Shown here: positions 31,007 through 41,135 of the stretch, in pieces | How positions within the stretch are numbered: position 1 is the stretch's first letter | How the letters are laid out: each line of letters begins with the position of its first letter | NCBI GenBank assembly: GCA_910579535.1 | Contig: CAJTUR010000001.1 | Span: forward strand, 26,587-90,586 | Source: an uncultured Bacilli bacterium | GTDB lineage: Bacteria > Bacillota_I > Bacilli_A > RF39 > UBA660 | DNA length: 64,000 nucleotides | Direction of reading: 5' to 3' | Position numbers and translations under genes: made by a program | Notes under the pieces: model-generated | Seen by the model: only the letters and a program-made list of their open reading frames with translations | Databases searched by the model: none | Told to the model about the DNA's origin: nothing

Positions 31007-32521
31007 ATGAAAGAAAAATATTATATTACAACAGCGATAGCGTATACATCAAGTAAACCTCATATTGGAAATACGTATGAAGTTGTTTTAGCAGATGCTA
31101 TTGCAAGATATAAAAGATTAAAGGGGTATGATGTTTATTTTCAAACTGGAACAGATGAACACGGAGAAAAAATTGAGAAAAAAGCAAAAGAGGCAGGCAT
31201 TACCCCTCAAGAGTATGTCGATAAAGTAGCAAGAGAGATAAAAAGTATTTGGGATTGTATGAATACTTCTTATGATAAATTTGTGCGTACTACTGATAAG
31301 AACCATGAACGAGTAGTTCAAAAGATTTTTAAAAAAATGTTTGATAAAGGAGATATTTATTTAGATTCGTATGAAGGGCCTTATTGTGTTCCTTGTGAAT
31401 CTTTTTGGACAGAAAGCCAACTGGTTGATGGTAAGTGTCCTGATTGTGACAGAGAAGTGGAATTAAAAAAAGAAGAAGCTTATTTTTTTAAGTTAAGTAA
31501 GTATCAAAAAAGGTTGATGGAGTATATCGAAAGTCATCCAGAATTTATACAACCTGAAGCGCGAAAAAATGAGATGATAAATAATTTTCTGAAACCTGGC
31601 TTGCAAGATTTATGTGTTTCTAGAACGTCCTTTGATTGGGGGATACCTGTTTCCCATAATCCGAAGCATAATGTTTATGTTTGGCTTGATGCTCTCACGA
31701 ATTATATTACGAATATTGGTTACGATATAGATGAGTCAAGTCCGGAATTTAATAAATGGTGGCCAGCTGATTTGCATTTAATTGGAAAAGATATTATTCG
31801 TTTTCATACGATTTATTGGCCTTGCTTTTTAATGAGTTTGAATTTACCTTTACCTAAACAAGTTTTTGGTCATCCGTTTCTTATTATGAGTGATGGCAAG
31901 ATGAGTAAATCCAAAGGAAATGTTATTTATGCGGATGATTTAGTTAATGAATTTGGCGCAGATGCGATTCGTTATTATATGCTTCATGAGATTCCATTTG
32001 CAAGTGATGGTGTTTTTTCAAGAGAACTATTAATCGAAAGAATTAATGGTGATTTAGTAAACATTTTAGGTAATTTAGTGAATCGAACATTAGCGATGAG
32101 TAAAAAGTATTTTTCTAATCATTTAGAGAATAAGGGAGTAGGAACTTCTTATGATGTGCAACTTCTATCAATGGTTAATGCTTTGGAAATGAGAGTGGAA
32201 GAGAAAATGAATACTCTAGAAATTGGAAGTTCTATTGACGAAATCTTTGAAGTTCTTAGAAGGTGTAATAAATACATTGATGAAACCACGCCTTGGGTTA
32301 TAGCTAAAGATGAGAGTAGGAAAGCGTGTTTGGAAACTGTTCTTTATAACTTAGTTGAAGCAATACGAGTTTGTGCTTTATTTTTAGAACCGTTTTTACC
32401 AAACACAAGTGAAGAGATTATTAAACAAATAAATATAAAGGATAAGAATAGGCAGTTTAATAAAGAAAACGTTTATGATTTAAATGAAGCTAAAATTTTA
32501 TTTCAAAGAATTGAAGTTTAA
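31007..32521 (+). CDS. metG: Methionyl-tRNA synthetase (short form without the C-terminal tRNA-binding domain)
   Basis: HIGN (HIGH) and KMSKS motifs, zinc knuckle CVPC..CPDC. Confidence 0.95.
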   Translation: MKEKYYITTAIAYTSSKPHIGNTYEVVLADAIARYKRLKGYDVYFQTGTDEHGEKIEKKAKEAGITPQEYVDKVAREIKSIWDCMNTSYDKFVRTTDKNHERVVQKIFKKMFDKGDIYLDSYEGPYCVPCESFWTESQLVDGKCPDCDREVELKKEEAYFFKLSKYQKRLMEYIESHPEFIQPEARKNEMINNFLKPGLQDLCVSRTSFDWGIPVSHNPKHNVYVWLDALTNYITNIGYDIDESSPEFNKWWPADLHLIGKDIIRFHTIYWPCFLMSLNLPLPKQVFGHPFLIMSDGKMSKSKGNVIYADDLVNEFGADAIRYYMLHEIPFASDGVFSRELLIERINGDLVNILGNLVNRTLAMSKKYFSNHLENKGVGTSYDVQLLSMVNALEMRVEEKMNTLEIGSSIDEIFEVLRRCNKYIDETTPWVIAKDESRKACLETVLYNLVEAIRVCALFLEPFLPNTSEEIIKQINIKDKNRQFNKENVYDLNEAKILFQRIEV

Positions 32522-32575
32522 ATTATTTATTGACTTGATTTTTTAGAAGAAATAAAATAATTTTTGGGGGTTTTT

Positions 32576-33487
32576 ATGGTTAAATTTGATTTTAAAAGAG
32601 ATTTGCTTCATGCTAAAAATGTCATTTTAAAGAATGATGAGCAAGCGTGTATTTATAAAAAATATTGTAGAATTCCTATTAAAGGGACAGAAAATGTGAA
32701 AGAGCTTTTTAAAAAAATGTTTGATTTTAATACTATTTTAATCGTCACAGGAAGTGGGGATCAAATTTTGGAAGCCATTCTTTTAGGGGCGTCTAGAGTT
32801 CAAGCATTTGATATTAATAAATTAGCAAAATATGGTTGTGTTCTTAAAATAGCTTCTATTAAAGCTTTAGAATACGATGAATTTGTTGATTTTTATTCTA
32901 GTCAATTCTATAATTCTTATTATAAAAAAATTAGAAAATTTTTGACTGGACATTATTTAAGATTTTGGGATATTTTGTTTCAATCTTTTTCACCTTTTCA
33001 AATTTTCTTTTCCCTTTTTGATTCGGTGAATCATGATGGAGAGATTATAGATAATAATTTTTCCATCTATTCAAGGAATGAGTATGAACTTATAAAAAAA
33101 AGAATTCCGCATGTTTCTATTCATTTTACAGACTTAGATTTAATGCATATTAAACAGGAGGTGAATGATTCATTTGATTTTATTTATCTTTCCAATATTT
33201 ATCAGTATTTATCCTCTACACCTAAAAATTTTAGCGAATTTATAAAGCAAAATTTATGGTGTTTATTAAGAAATAATGGAGAACTAATTTTTAATTATTA
33301 TTATGGTGCGGCAGGTGAATTACGAAAAAATTTTTTTCCAGCAAGTGCTTATTCTTATATGAGTTCTGTTAAAAATGAATGTGATGCATTTAATCATTAT
33401 TTTGATGTTCAAAAATATGAAGTCTTGCCTTCTGGGTATGGTCAATCTTATTTTACAAAAGATTTGGTTTTGTCATTAAAAAAGTGA
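32576..33487 (+). CDS. Hypothetical protein with Rossmann-like VTGSGDQ motif (possible SAM-dependent or DUF3419-like)
   Basis: ATG 32576 with a GGGGG RBS (the track starts at TTG 32564); no confident family. Confidence 0.5.
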   Translation: MVKFDFKRDLLHAKNVILKNDEQACIYKKYCRIPIKGTENVKELFKKMFDFNTILIVTGSGDQILEAILLGASRVQAFDINKLAKYGCVLKIASIKALEYDEFVDFYSSQFYNSYYKKIRKFLTGHYLRFWDILFQSFSPFQIFFSLFDSVNHDGEIIDNNFSIYSRNEYELIKKRIPHVSIHFTDLDLMHIKQEVNDSFDFIYLSNIYQYLSSTPKNFSEFIKQNLWCLLRNNGELIFNYYYGAAGELRKNFFPASAYSYMSSVKNECDAFNHYFDVQKYEVLPSGYGQSYFTKDLVLSLKK

Positions 33488-33536
33488 TTTTACATCTTTT
33501 TAAGTTTTTGTTATAGTATTTTTGGAAGTGAATTTT

Positions 33537-34283
33537 ATGTTTTGTGATACGCATTGTCATTTATTTAAAGAATATTATGAAAATATAGAAGAAATTTTGC
33601 AAAGTGCGAAAGATAATATGGTTAATCGTTATATAGTAGCTGGATGTGATTCAAAAACAAATAGAGAAGTTTTGAATCTTTTAAAAGTTAAAGAAATATA
33701 TGGTTGTTTGGGGATTCATCCTGAAGAAGTGTGTCGCTATACAGAGGAAGATTTAGAGTTTATTGAAGAAAATTTAAATCAAAAAAAAATAATTGCGATT
33801 GGAGAAATAGGCTTAGATTATCATTATGATAAGGAAACTAAGCAAAAACAGATGGAGTTATTTGAGCGTCAATTGAAACTGGCTGAACTTTCACAAAAAC
33901 CTGTTGTGATCCATTCTAGAGAAGCAACCAATGATACGATTGAAATTTTGAAAAAATATAATGTTAGAGGGGTTATTCATTCTTTTAGTGGAAGTTTAGA
34001 AGTAGCGAATATTTATATTAAAATGGGTTTTTTATTGGGAATTAATGGTGTCATTACTTTTAAAAACAGTCATTTAAAGGAGGTCATAGAAAAACTTGAC
34101 TTATCTTCAATTATACTTGAAACCGATAGTCCTTATTTGACTCCTACTCCTTTTAGAGGAAAACCAAACGATCCTAGTAAAGTTAAAACGATAGCTGAAT
34201 ATATTTGTAATTTAAAACATATAAGTATGGAAGAACTAGCAAATATTACCAATCAAAATATAAAGCGTCTTTTTGACATTTAA
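33537..34283 (+). CDS. tatD: TatD-family metal-dependent DNase/hydrolase
   Basis: MFCDTHCHL start motif and the conserved His/Asp ligands; follows metG as yabD does in B. subtilis. Confidence 0.9.
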   Translation: MFCDTHCHLFKEYYENIEEILQSAKDNMVNRYIVAGCDSKTNREVLNLLKVKEIYGCLGIHPEEVCRYTEEDLEFIEENLNQKKIIAIGEIGLDYHYDKETKQKQMELFERQLKLAELSQKPVVIHSREATNDTIEILKKYNVRGVIHSFSGSLEVANIYIKMGFLLGINGVITFKNSHLKEVIEKLDLSSIILETDSPYLTPTPFRGKPNDPSKVKTIAEYICNLKHISMEELANITNQNIKRLFDI

Positions 34284-34324
34284 TAGGGCTTTTGATAAAA
34301 TAAGGTATAAATTGAGGTGATCAA

Positions 34325-34870
34325 GTGATTCATAATACTCTCAAAATTTGTTTTAAATTATTACAAACGGGGTTACTGGTATTACTTGTAATTATTGTTG
34401 AGTCAAGTACTAATATCAAAGAAACAAAAGTACTAAATGATAATTATAATAAGAGTATTGATTTATCAACAATGGCTTTAAAATTAAAAGAAGATATTAA
34501 GAATGACTTGTATAGTGCTAAGGATACTTTTACAGGTGATTTAACTGGTTACGTGGCAACGTGTCCTTTATGTAGTGGTAAGCTTGCTTGTTTACCTAAT
34601 TACTATGTTTTAGATGGAACTGATACTTATCAAGATATTAGTTATGGAGAAGTCAGAATTGTTGCGTCAAGTAAAAATTTACCATGTGGAAGTATCATTC
34701 GTTTTAATAAACCTAGTGTATCACAGGATCCTATCTTAGCGATTGTTTTAGATCGAGGCGTTTTAAATAATGATATCGATTTGTTAACGCCTGAACTTAG
34801 TTATGCTTTATCTTACGTAGGAAGAAGTAGCATTACTTATGATGTTTTAAGAAGTGGATGGCAAAAATGA
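34325..34870 (+). CDS. 3D-domain protein (YabE/YuiC-like cell-wall-binding)
   Basis: N-terminal TM segment; C-terminal 3D-domain-like Asp pattern (GEVRIVASS..GSIIRF..LDRG..DIDL); synteny with yabE. Confidence 0.6.
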   Translation: MIHNTLKICFKLLQTGLLVLLVIIVESSTNIKETKVLNDNYNKSIDLSTMALKLKEDIKNDLYSAKDTFTGDLTGYVATCPLCSGKLACLPNYYVLDGTDTYQDISYGEVRIVASSKNLPCGSIIRFNKPSVSQDPILAIVLDRGVLNNDIDLLTPELSYALSYVGRSSITYDVLRSGWQK

Positions 34871-35640
34871 TTGAAGCAAAGAAAAAATTTGGTCAAAATT
34901 TTTTGAAAAATAAGGACATTTTACAAAAAATAAGTGATTCTATTGAAGTTTCTGAAAGCGATTTAATTATTGAAATTGGTCCTGGTATGGGTGCTTTAAC
35001 AAATTTTTTAGCTCAAAAAGGGTGTTCTTTATTGTGTTATGAAATAGACCAACGTATGAAAGATTATTTAAATTCCTATGTCTGTGATAAAGTTCAAATT
35101 CTTTATGGTGATTTTTTAAAGCGAAATGTTAAAGCGGATATTGAAAAAATTCCTTATAGACAAGTTTATGTTGTTTCTAATATTCCTTATTATATTACCA
35201 CGCCTATTTTACTTAAATTGATGGATTTAGATTGTTTCACTTCTATTGTTTTACTTGTTCAAAAAGAGTATGGTGAAAGAGTTGTAGCGAAAGAGAAAAG
35301 TAAAAACTATAATGCTTTAACTTTATTAGTAGATTATGGTTACAATAGTGAAATTATTATGGATGTAGACAAAAGAAATTTTACACCTGTTCCTAAGGTA
35401 GACAGTGTGGTTTTGAAATTAAATAAAAAAACACCTCTAGGTGTTGATAAAGAAAAATATATTTCTTTTATTAAAATGTGTTTTAAAAATAAAAGAAAAA
35501 CTTTAAAAAATAATTTGTCTTTGGAGGCATTTATTAAAATTAAGGAAAAACTAAGAAGTTTGGGTTATAGTGAAAATGTACGGGCTGAAGAAATCCGTCG
35601 GGAAGATTATAAGGAATTGTTTTTATTTTTGATAAAATGA
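34858..35640 (+). CDS. rsmA: 16S rRNA (adenine1518/1519-N6)-dimethyltransferase RsmA/KsgA
   Basis: FGQNFL start motif, SAM-binding EIGPGMGALT, catalytic NIPY. Confidence 0.9.
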   Translation: MAKMIEAKKKFGQNFLKNKDILQKISDSIEVSESDLIIEIGPGMGALTNFLAQKGCSLLCYEIDQRMKDYLNSYVCDKVQILYGDFLKRNVKADIEKIPYRQVYVVSNIPYYITTPILLKLMDLDCFTSIVLLVQKEYGERVVAKEKSKNYNALTLLVDYGYNSEIIMDVDKRNFTPVPKVDSVVLKLNKKTPLGVDKEKYISFIKMCFKNKRKTLKNNLSLEAFIKIKEKLRSLGYSENVRAEEIRREDYKELFLFLIK

Positions 35641-35662
35641 TTTAATGATTTTTTTATGGAGT

Positions 35663-35690
35663 AGGCTTTCATGCCTTTTTTATTTTTTAT
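35663..35690 (+). terminator. Weak intrinsic terminator after rsmA
   Basis: AGGCTTTCATGCCT hairpin followed by a T-run. Confidence 0.4.
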
Positions 35691-35843
35691 CGAAATTAGA
35701 CGAACGAAAATGCTTGAAAAAAATTTTGATTTTTGTTAAGTTTGTTTTTAATGAATTTTAGTCTGTATCATTAATAGGAGGGAAAAAGAGAAATTTTGGA
35801 ATGAAATGTTTTTTTTAGAATATAAATTATATAGGTGAAGGAG

Positions 35844-36620
35844 ATGCAAATAAAAAAGGGAGACTTGGTTACTCGAAATAGTTATCAACATGATACGCTT
35901 TTTAAGGTCATGAATATTAAGGGAAATATCTGTTATCTAAAAGGTATAGATGTTCGTCTTTATGCCGATAGTGAAGTAGATGATTTGGTTCTGGTTAGTG
36001 AAGAAGAACAAGGAAACTTACGAATTGAAGTTGATGAGGAAGAGGATGACTTGGATCGAAGTGAGTTTTTTTATTTACCTGGAAAGGTTTTGCATATTGA
36101 TGGAGACAGTGAGTATTTAACTCGTTGTTTGAATTATTATAAAAAACATAATGTTTTAGCTATAGGAAAAAAAATCATGGAAGTGGAAATTGCTTCAAAA
36201 GTCCGTGGATTGTTAGAAGATTTTAAACCTGATTTAGTTATTATTACAGGTCATGATGCTTATTATAAAAAGAAGGGTAATGCTAGTGATTTAAGAAATT
36301 ATAAAAATACAGAAAATTTTGTTAAAGCAGTAAGAGAATGTCGTAAATATGAAAAAAGTCATGAAAAATTAGTGATTATTGCGGGTGCTTGTCAGAGTAA
36401 TTATGAAGAGTTAATTAAAGCAGGTGCTAATTTTGCTTCAAGTCCTAAAAGAGTAAATATTCACTGTTTGGATCCAGCAATTATTGCAACTCATCTTGCT
36501 TTAACGGAAAGGAATAAAGAAGTGGATTTGATTGCTTTGCTTGAAAAGACAAAATATGGTAGTGATGGGGTTGGTGGGTTGTTTTCAAAAGGGCTTATGT
36601 ATGTTGGATACCCTAGATAA
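35844..36620 (+). CDS. yabG: Sporulation-specific protease YabG
   Basis: About 258 aa, homologous over its length to the YabG peptidase family; position after rsmA as in B. subtilis (ksgA-yabG-veg). Confidence 0.75.
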   Translation: MQIKKGDLVTRNSYQHDTLFKVMNIKGNICYLKGIDVRLYADSEVDDLVLVSEEEQGNLRIEVDEEEDDLDRSEFFYLPGKVLHIDGDSEYLTRCLNYYKKHNVLAIGKKIMEVEIASKVRGLLEDFKPDLVIITGHDAYYKKKGNASDLRNYKNTENFVKAVRECRKYEKSHEKLVIIAGACQSNYEELIKAGANFASSPKRVNIHCLDPAIIATHLALTERNKEVDLIALLEKTKYGSDGVGGLFSKGLMYVGYPR

Positions 36621-36630
36621 GGAGAAAAGA

Positions 36631-36843
36631 ATGAATATTAATATAATAAAAGAGGAAGTTAGAAAACATTTGAATAAATCTGTTGAGATAGCAGTACATG
36701 GTATGAGAAATAAAAGTTATATTGTGAAAGGAACGATTACACATGTTTATCCAAGTATTTTTATAGTAAACGAGGAACAGGTTGAAAAGAGTTTTAGTTA
36801 TTCGGATTTAGCAACAGGTGAAATAAATATCAAGTATTTGTAA
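36631..36843 (+). CDS. veg: Veg protein (biofilm/sporulation-associated small DNA-binding protein); the track ORF from 36532 has a spurious N-extension
   Basis: MNINIIKEEVRKHLNKSVEI..HVYPSIFIVN..SFSYSDL aligns with B. subtilis Veg (ETYPSVFVIQLD..SYSYADIL); RBS AAGGAGAA. Confidence 0.8.
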   Translation: MNINIIKEEVRKHLNKSVEIAVHGMRNKSYIVKGTITHVYPSIFIVNEEQVEKSFSYSDLATGEINIKYL

Positions 36844-36920
36844 AAAGCTCTTGATAAACTTACAAATATGTCATAAAATGGTATTAAGTTACTAGAGAAC
36901 TTTAGAAGGAGAATCATAAT

Positions 36921-37184
36921 ATGGAAATTACATCAGTAACCGTTCGTAAATTTGAAAAAGATGGAAACAGAATGAAAGGAATCGCAACAGTAGTGATTGA
37001 TAATTCATTTGCTATTCATGATATTAGAATTATTGAAGGTGATAATGGCTTATTTATAGCTATGCCTAGTAGAAAAACAGCTACTGGGGAATATAAAGAT
37101 ATTGCACATCCAATTAATACAGATGTTCGTAATATGTTTCAAGATGTTATTTTAGAAGAATTTAAAAAAGAAACAGCTGAATAA
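36921..37184 (+). CDS. spoVG: Septation protein SpoVG
   Basis: MEITSVTVRKFEKDGNRMKGIATVVIDNSFAIHDIRIIEGDNGLFIAMPSRK is the hallmark SpoVG sequence. Confidence 0.9.
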   Translation: MEITSVTVRKFEKDGNRMKGIATVVIDNSFAIHDIRIIEGDNGLFIAMPSRKTATGEYKDIAHPINTDVRNMFQDVILEEFKKETAE

Positions 37185-37275
37185 GTTTAAATTTTAGATA
37201 GCAAAAAATTGTTATCTTTTTTTTGGCATAATTATTTTAATTCATCATATTCTTTATTAGGAAGGAATATAGAAT

Positions 37276-37566
37276 ATGGATAAAGAAATGGATACAATAA
37301 TTTTAGGTGGTCATGAAATCAAAATTAGTGATCGAAGAGAAATCTTTTTAACTGGTATTAAAAAAATTTCTAGTTTTGATAATGAAGAGTTTTTATTAGA
37401 AAGTAATATGGGGATTATTTTAATTAAAGGGAGTGGCTTAGAAATTCTTAGATTGGATACTCATGATGGAAATGTGAAAATAAAGGGAAAAATAAATAGT
37501 TTTACGTATCTAGATAGTGATAAAAAAGAAGATAAAGAAAGTTTTTTTAATAAATTATTTAAATAA
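37276..37566 (+). CDS. yabP: Sporulation protein YabP
   Basis: 96 aa; ESFDNEEFLLESNMGIILIKGSGLEI and C-terminal SFFNKLFK match YabP; followed by yabQ with a 1-nt overlap. Confidence 0.75.
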   Translation: MDKEMDTIILGGHEIKISDRREIFLTGIKKISSFDNEEFLLESNMGIILIKGSGLEILRLDTHDGNVKIKGKINSFTYLDSDKKEDKESFFNKLFK

Positions 37567-37871
37567 TGAATTATAAAATTCAGTTAATTTCCTTTTTATT
37601 TTCTTTTTTGTTTGGTGTATTTTTGTATTTAACTAGTTTATTAAATTATAAATTTATAAAAAAACACTCCATTTTTATAAAATATTTGGTTACTTTTGTT
37701 TATGTTGTCGATGTAGCTCTTTTATATGTTTTATTAATGTATAAAGTTAATTATGGTGTGATTCATATTTATTTTTTATTAGTGATGGGCATTGGTTTTC
37801 TTCTTTCTTGTTTTTATTATAAACGAATTTATAGACTGGGTAAAATCATGCTTCAAAAATTTAAAAAATAG
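37566..37871 (+). CDS. yabQ: Spore cortex biosynthesis membrane protein YabQ
   Basis: 101-aa multi-pass membrane protein directly after yabP. Confidence 0.6.
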   Translation: MNYKIQLISFLFSFLFGVFLYLTSLLNYKFIKKHSIFIKYLVTFVYVVDVALLYVLLMYKVNYGVIHIYFLLVMGIGFLLSCFYYKRIYRLGKIMLQKFKK

Positions 37872-38029
37872 TTAATTTATGGTTTAGTTGTATCTGTAAA
37901 AAGAAAGGTTTTGTATTTTTATTTAAAATCAATTTGTCAAAATTTATGTAAATTGTGTCATTTAAAAGAATATAAATTGAAAGTTTTTTAAAGAAATGGT
38001 ATAATTCATGAGAATAGTAGGAGGATGTC

Positions 38030-38332
38030 ATGGATAAAAAGATTACTAAAAAAACCAAAAGACGTTTAACTTTTTTGGCTAGTGTCATTCTTCTTTTAGT
38101 AGGGGTAATTATATCAAGTGTGTTTAACGATTTATGTCAAATTATTGATAACAGAAATGAAGTGGCGGTTTTAAGTGAGAAATATAATCAGTTACTAAGA
38201 GAAGAGGAGTCACTACAGTCTGAAATTACAAAATTACAAGATAGTAATTATGTTGCAAGATACGCTAGAGAGAAGTATTTATATTCTTACCCAAATGAGG
38301 TGATTATTAAACTTCCTGATAGTAAGGATTAG
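38030..38332 (+). CDS. divIC: Septum formation initiator family protein (DivIC/FtsB)
   Basis: N-terminal TM helix then coiled coil (LREEESLQSEITKLQD) and the YARE..L tail typical of FtsB/DivIC; yabP-yabQ-divIC synteny. Confidence 0.65.
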   Translation: MDKKITKKTKRRLTFLASVILLLVGVIISSVFNDLCQIIDNRNEVAVLSEKYNQLLREEESLQSEITKLQDSNYVARYAREKYLYSYPNEVIIKLPDSKD

Positions 38333-38356
38333 ATATTTTAAAGAGAGTTTTGTGTT

Positions 38357-39082
38357 ATGAGGTATTTTATAAAGTTTTGTTATGATGGAAGTTCATTTTA
38401 CGGTTTTCAAAGACAGAAAGATAAAGTGACAGTACAGGGAGAATTAGAAAAAGCTTTAAGCATTATAAGTAAGAAAAAAGTATGTATTAAAGGCGCTGGA
38501 AGAACAGATGTTGGTGTTCATGCTTTAGGACAATGTGCTCATTTTGATTTGCAAGTTTCTATACCTGTAGAACGTTTAAAAAAAGCAATTAATCGAATCG
38601 TTGCTCCTTATATTTTAATATTAGAGTGTAAAAATGTGGGTATGGATTTTCATGCTCGTTTTTCAGTAAAAAGTAAAAAGTACATCTATAAAATTAATAT
38701 CGGAAGCTTTATACCTTTTAAATATCGTTATTATTATTTTTATGAAAATACTTTAAATTTAAATAAATTAAGAGAGTGCGCTGATTTATTTATAGGAAAA
38801 CATAATTTTCATAATTTTGTTTCTGGTGATCGAGAACATTTTAATGGTAGTATAGAAGATATTGAAATTCATGTTAATCATGATGAGGTCGCTATTGTTT
38901 TTAAAGGAAGAAGTTTTTATCGATATATGGTTAGAAACTTAGTGGGAGCAATGCTTGATTATAATGAAGGTAAATGCGATCTTTTTTTAATAAAGAAAAT
39001 GTTAGAAGAGGATCATTTTAACTATCAATTAAGATGTGCCCCGGCTAGAGGGCTTTATTTAGAAGGCGTGTATTATGAATAA
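38357..39082 (+). CDS. truA: tRNA pseudouridine38-40 synthase TruA
   Basis: YDGSSFYGFQRQ and catalytic GAGRTDVGVHALGQCAHFD motifs. Confidence 0.9.
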   Translation: MRYFIKFCYDGSSFYGFQRQKDKVTVQGELEKALSIISKKKVCIKGAGRTDVGVHALGQCAHFDLQVSIPVERLKKAINRIVAPYILILECKNVGMDFHARFSVKSKKYIYKINIGSFIPFKYRYYYFYENTLNLNKLRECADLFIGKHNFHNFVSGDREHFNGSIEDIEIHVNHDEVAIVFKGRSFYRYMVRNLVGAMLDYNEGKCDLFLIKKMLEEDHFNYQLRCAPARGLYLEGVYYE

Positions 39083-39231
39083 AGATTGGATATTTGATTT
39101 ATAGTTGTTTGGTGGAAAGAATCGACTTTGGAATAAAAGAATTATGAATTATTAGTAAAATAGAAGAGATATTTTTTTTTGATACGCATAGTATTTGATG
39201 GATACAATTTGTCTTAAAGGAGAAAAAATTT

Positions 39232-40974
39232 ATGGAAAATACTATGACTCTAGAGGAGAGAATGGTTCGTGGGCAAGCTTTGTTCATAGGAAGAGTTTAT
39301 TTTTGTACCAATGGAAGATATTTAGTAAAAGAATTTGATGAAAAAATGGGTGAAGTATTTCAAAATTTGAAATTTGATTCTTATGAAAGTCAGTTTTTAA
39401 AAGATTCAGCGTTGTTTACTCCTACTGTTTACTTGTATGCGTTGAAAGGTCATCATTTAAGTTTTGTTGATTTTAAAGAAAATATTAAAAGTTACCGAAG
39501 AGCTTTACTTCTTGAATTGACGCATAATTTTTTTATGAAAAAAGATAAAAATGGAGAGGTCTTGTCTTGTGGATTACAAATTACGATAAATAAAAATCAA
39601 GAATTTGAAAAATATTTAGATTTAAGTCAAGTTGAATCATTTTTAAAAAAGTATCATTATTTTTGTGTGCCTCTTTTTAATACGCATTTTCCTTCTGAAT
39701 TTTTTGGGATGGGGGCCAATCAAGGGTTTATTGAATGGTTTCAATTTAGTGTTTTAAAAAATGAGGAAGAGTTAAAGTATCCAAATTTAGCAAGTGTTTT
39801 TTTTAATATTCAAAAAAATTTAGATTTTAAAGAAGAAGAGACGCTTAAAATTATGAAACGATTTGCTAATGGGAATTATGATTTTATTTTTAAACAATTA
39901 AATTTATCTAAAGAAGTGGGGATTTTATTTATTCGTTTTTTAGATTATTTTTATATAAAAGAATATGAATATGAAATTATACAGAGATATTTAGATGATA
40001 AAAAAGAAGAGCAGCGTTTGTTGGATTTAGAGCAAGGTACTAGTGTGGAACCACAATTAAAAGATATTCAATTTTTTTGTGAAAAGGTTGAAAAACAGTT
40101 TAATGACACATTTAAGAATAGATATGGAACAATTGTTAGTAAAAATGATTTTCAATTGATTTTTAATTCTATACTTTCTAAAAATAAGAATTCACTGATT
40201 CGAGATTTTTTAAATGACCTAATTAATCAAAGTTTTAAGAAAAAAGACAAGAATAAAAAATTAGAATTTAAGGACATTTCTTTAGTGAAATTATTTCAAT
40301 GTTTAGACTGGAAAGAATTTTTAATATCTATAAGTAATCAATTTGGAATGATAAAAGATGTTTTTGGAACTCAAAATGAGCAAAATGAGTTGTATAAGAT
40401 TAAAAGAATACGTCAAACAAAATTTAAAGGCTCTAAAAAATTGATAAATATGAGTTTAATTCTTTCTTATCTTGTATTTAATTTATTTATTTGTGATGAA
40501 GTAAATGAAATGAAAAATAAATATCTTGATTCAGAAACAGCAAATTTAGATGATTTCGTTTTGGAAAATATGGAAAAAAATTATCGAAAAGAAAAAGTTT
40601 CTACCTCTTTAATGGAGTTGATTACTCAGGGGAATGATTTAAATGGCTCCTATTCTTTTGATGAACTGATTTTGAAAAAAGGACAAAAGGTTTATAAGAC
40701 GAGTTATGATACAGAGCCTGTATTTTTAAATTATGATTATCAGAATGTTATTTGCGACTCTGTTAGACTTATAAAGGATGGGAAGACTATTTATAAAGGA
40801 ACAATAGAGGATATTGATGCGTTTATTGTTGCTAATCAAGAAATAAATGGAAGAATAAGGCTTAGAATGGTTACTTATGTTACGCATGATTTTATTGCTT
40901 GGTTGGATTTGGAGACGTTTCAAAATGATTGTTCTTTCTTTAATGAATCTAAACTTATCTTAAAAAAAGAGTAA
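39232..40974 (+). CDS. Hypothetical 580-aa protein, no recognisable domain
   Basis: Intact ORF with a strong RBS AAAGGAGAAAAAA; inserted between truA and the rplM promoter, where Bacillus has nothing. Confidence 0.5.
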   Translation: MENTMTLEERMVRGQALFIGRVYFCTNGRYLVKEFDEKMGEVFQNLKFDSYESQFLKDSALFTPTVYLYALKGHHLSFVDFKENIKSYRRALLLELTHNFFMKKDKNGEVLSCGLQITINKNQEFEKYLDLSQVESFLKKYHYFCVPLFNTHFPSEFFGMGANQGFIEWFQFSVLKNEEELKYPNLASVFFNIQKNLDFKEEETLKIMKRFANGNYDFIFKQLNLSKEVGILFIRFLDYFYIKEYEYEIIQRYLDDKKEEQRLLDLEQGTSVEPQLKDIQFFCEKVEKQFNDTFKNRYGTIVSKNDFQLIFNSILSKNKNSLIRDFLNDLINQSFKKKDKNKKLEFKDISLVKLFQCLDWKEFLISISNQFGMIKDVFGTQNEQNELYKIKRIRQTKFKGSKKLINMSLILSYLVFNLFICDEVNEMKNKYLDSETANLDDFVLENMEKNYRKEKVSTSLMELITQGNDLNGSYSFDELILKKGQKVYKTSYDTEPVFLNYDYQNVICDSVRLIKDGKTIYKGTIEDIDAFIVANQEINGRIRLRMVTYVTHDFIAWLDLETFQNDCSFFNESKLILKKE

Positions 40975-41011
40975 ATATGTCAAATTTGAACTAAAATAAT
41001 GCTTAAATTGG

Positions 41012-41040
41012 CTATTTTTGTTTGACTTTTAGTCAATTTT
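41012..41040 (+). promoter_or_regulatory. SigmaA-type promoter of rplM-rpsI (TTGACT, 17 nt, TATAAT) with a structured L13-leader-like 5' UTR downstream
   Basis: Consensus -35/-10 hexamers with 17-bp spacing; about 95-nt leader before rplM. Confidence 0.5.
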
Positions 41041-41135
41041 TCCCTATAATTTAGATTGGTACATTTTATTTGTTATGAAGCACCAAGCTGTGGGAAAGTT
41101 TAGTGTGATGAATAGCTTATGAAAGGAAAAGATTC

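Noticed and set aside
31118-31321. 67-aa minus-strand ORF
   Set aside because: Antisense inside metG.
37861-38088. 75-aa minus-strand ORF
   Set aside because: Spans the yabQ-divIC intergenic promoter region on the wrong strand; overlaps the divIC start.
39099-39287. 62-aa minus-strand ORF
   Set aside because: Overlaps the 3' end of truA and the 5' end of the 580-aa ORF on the opposite strand.
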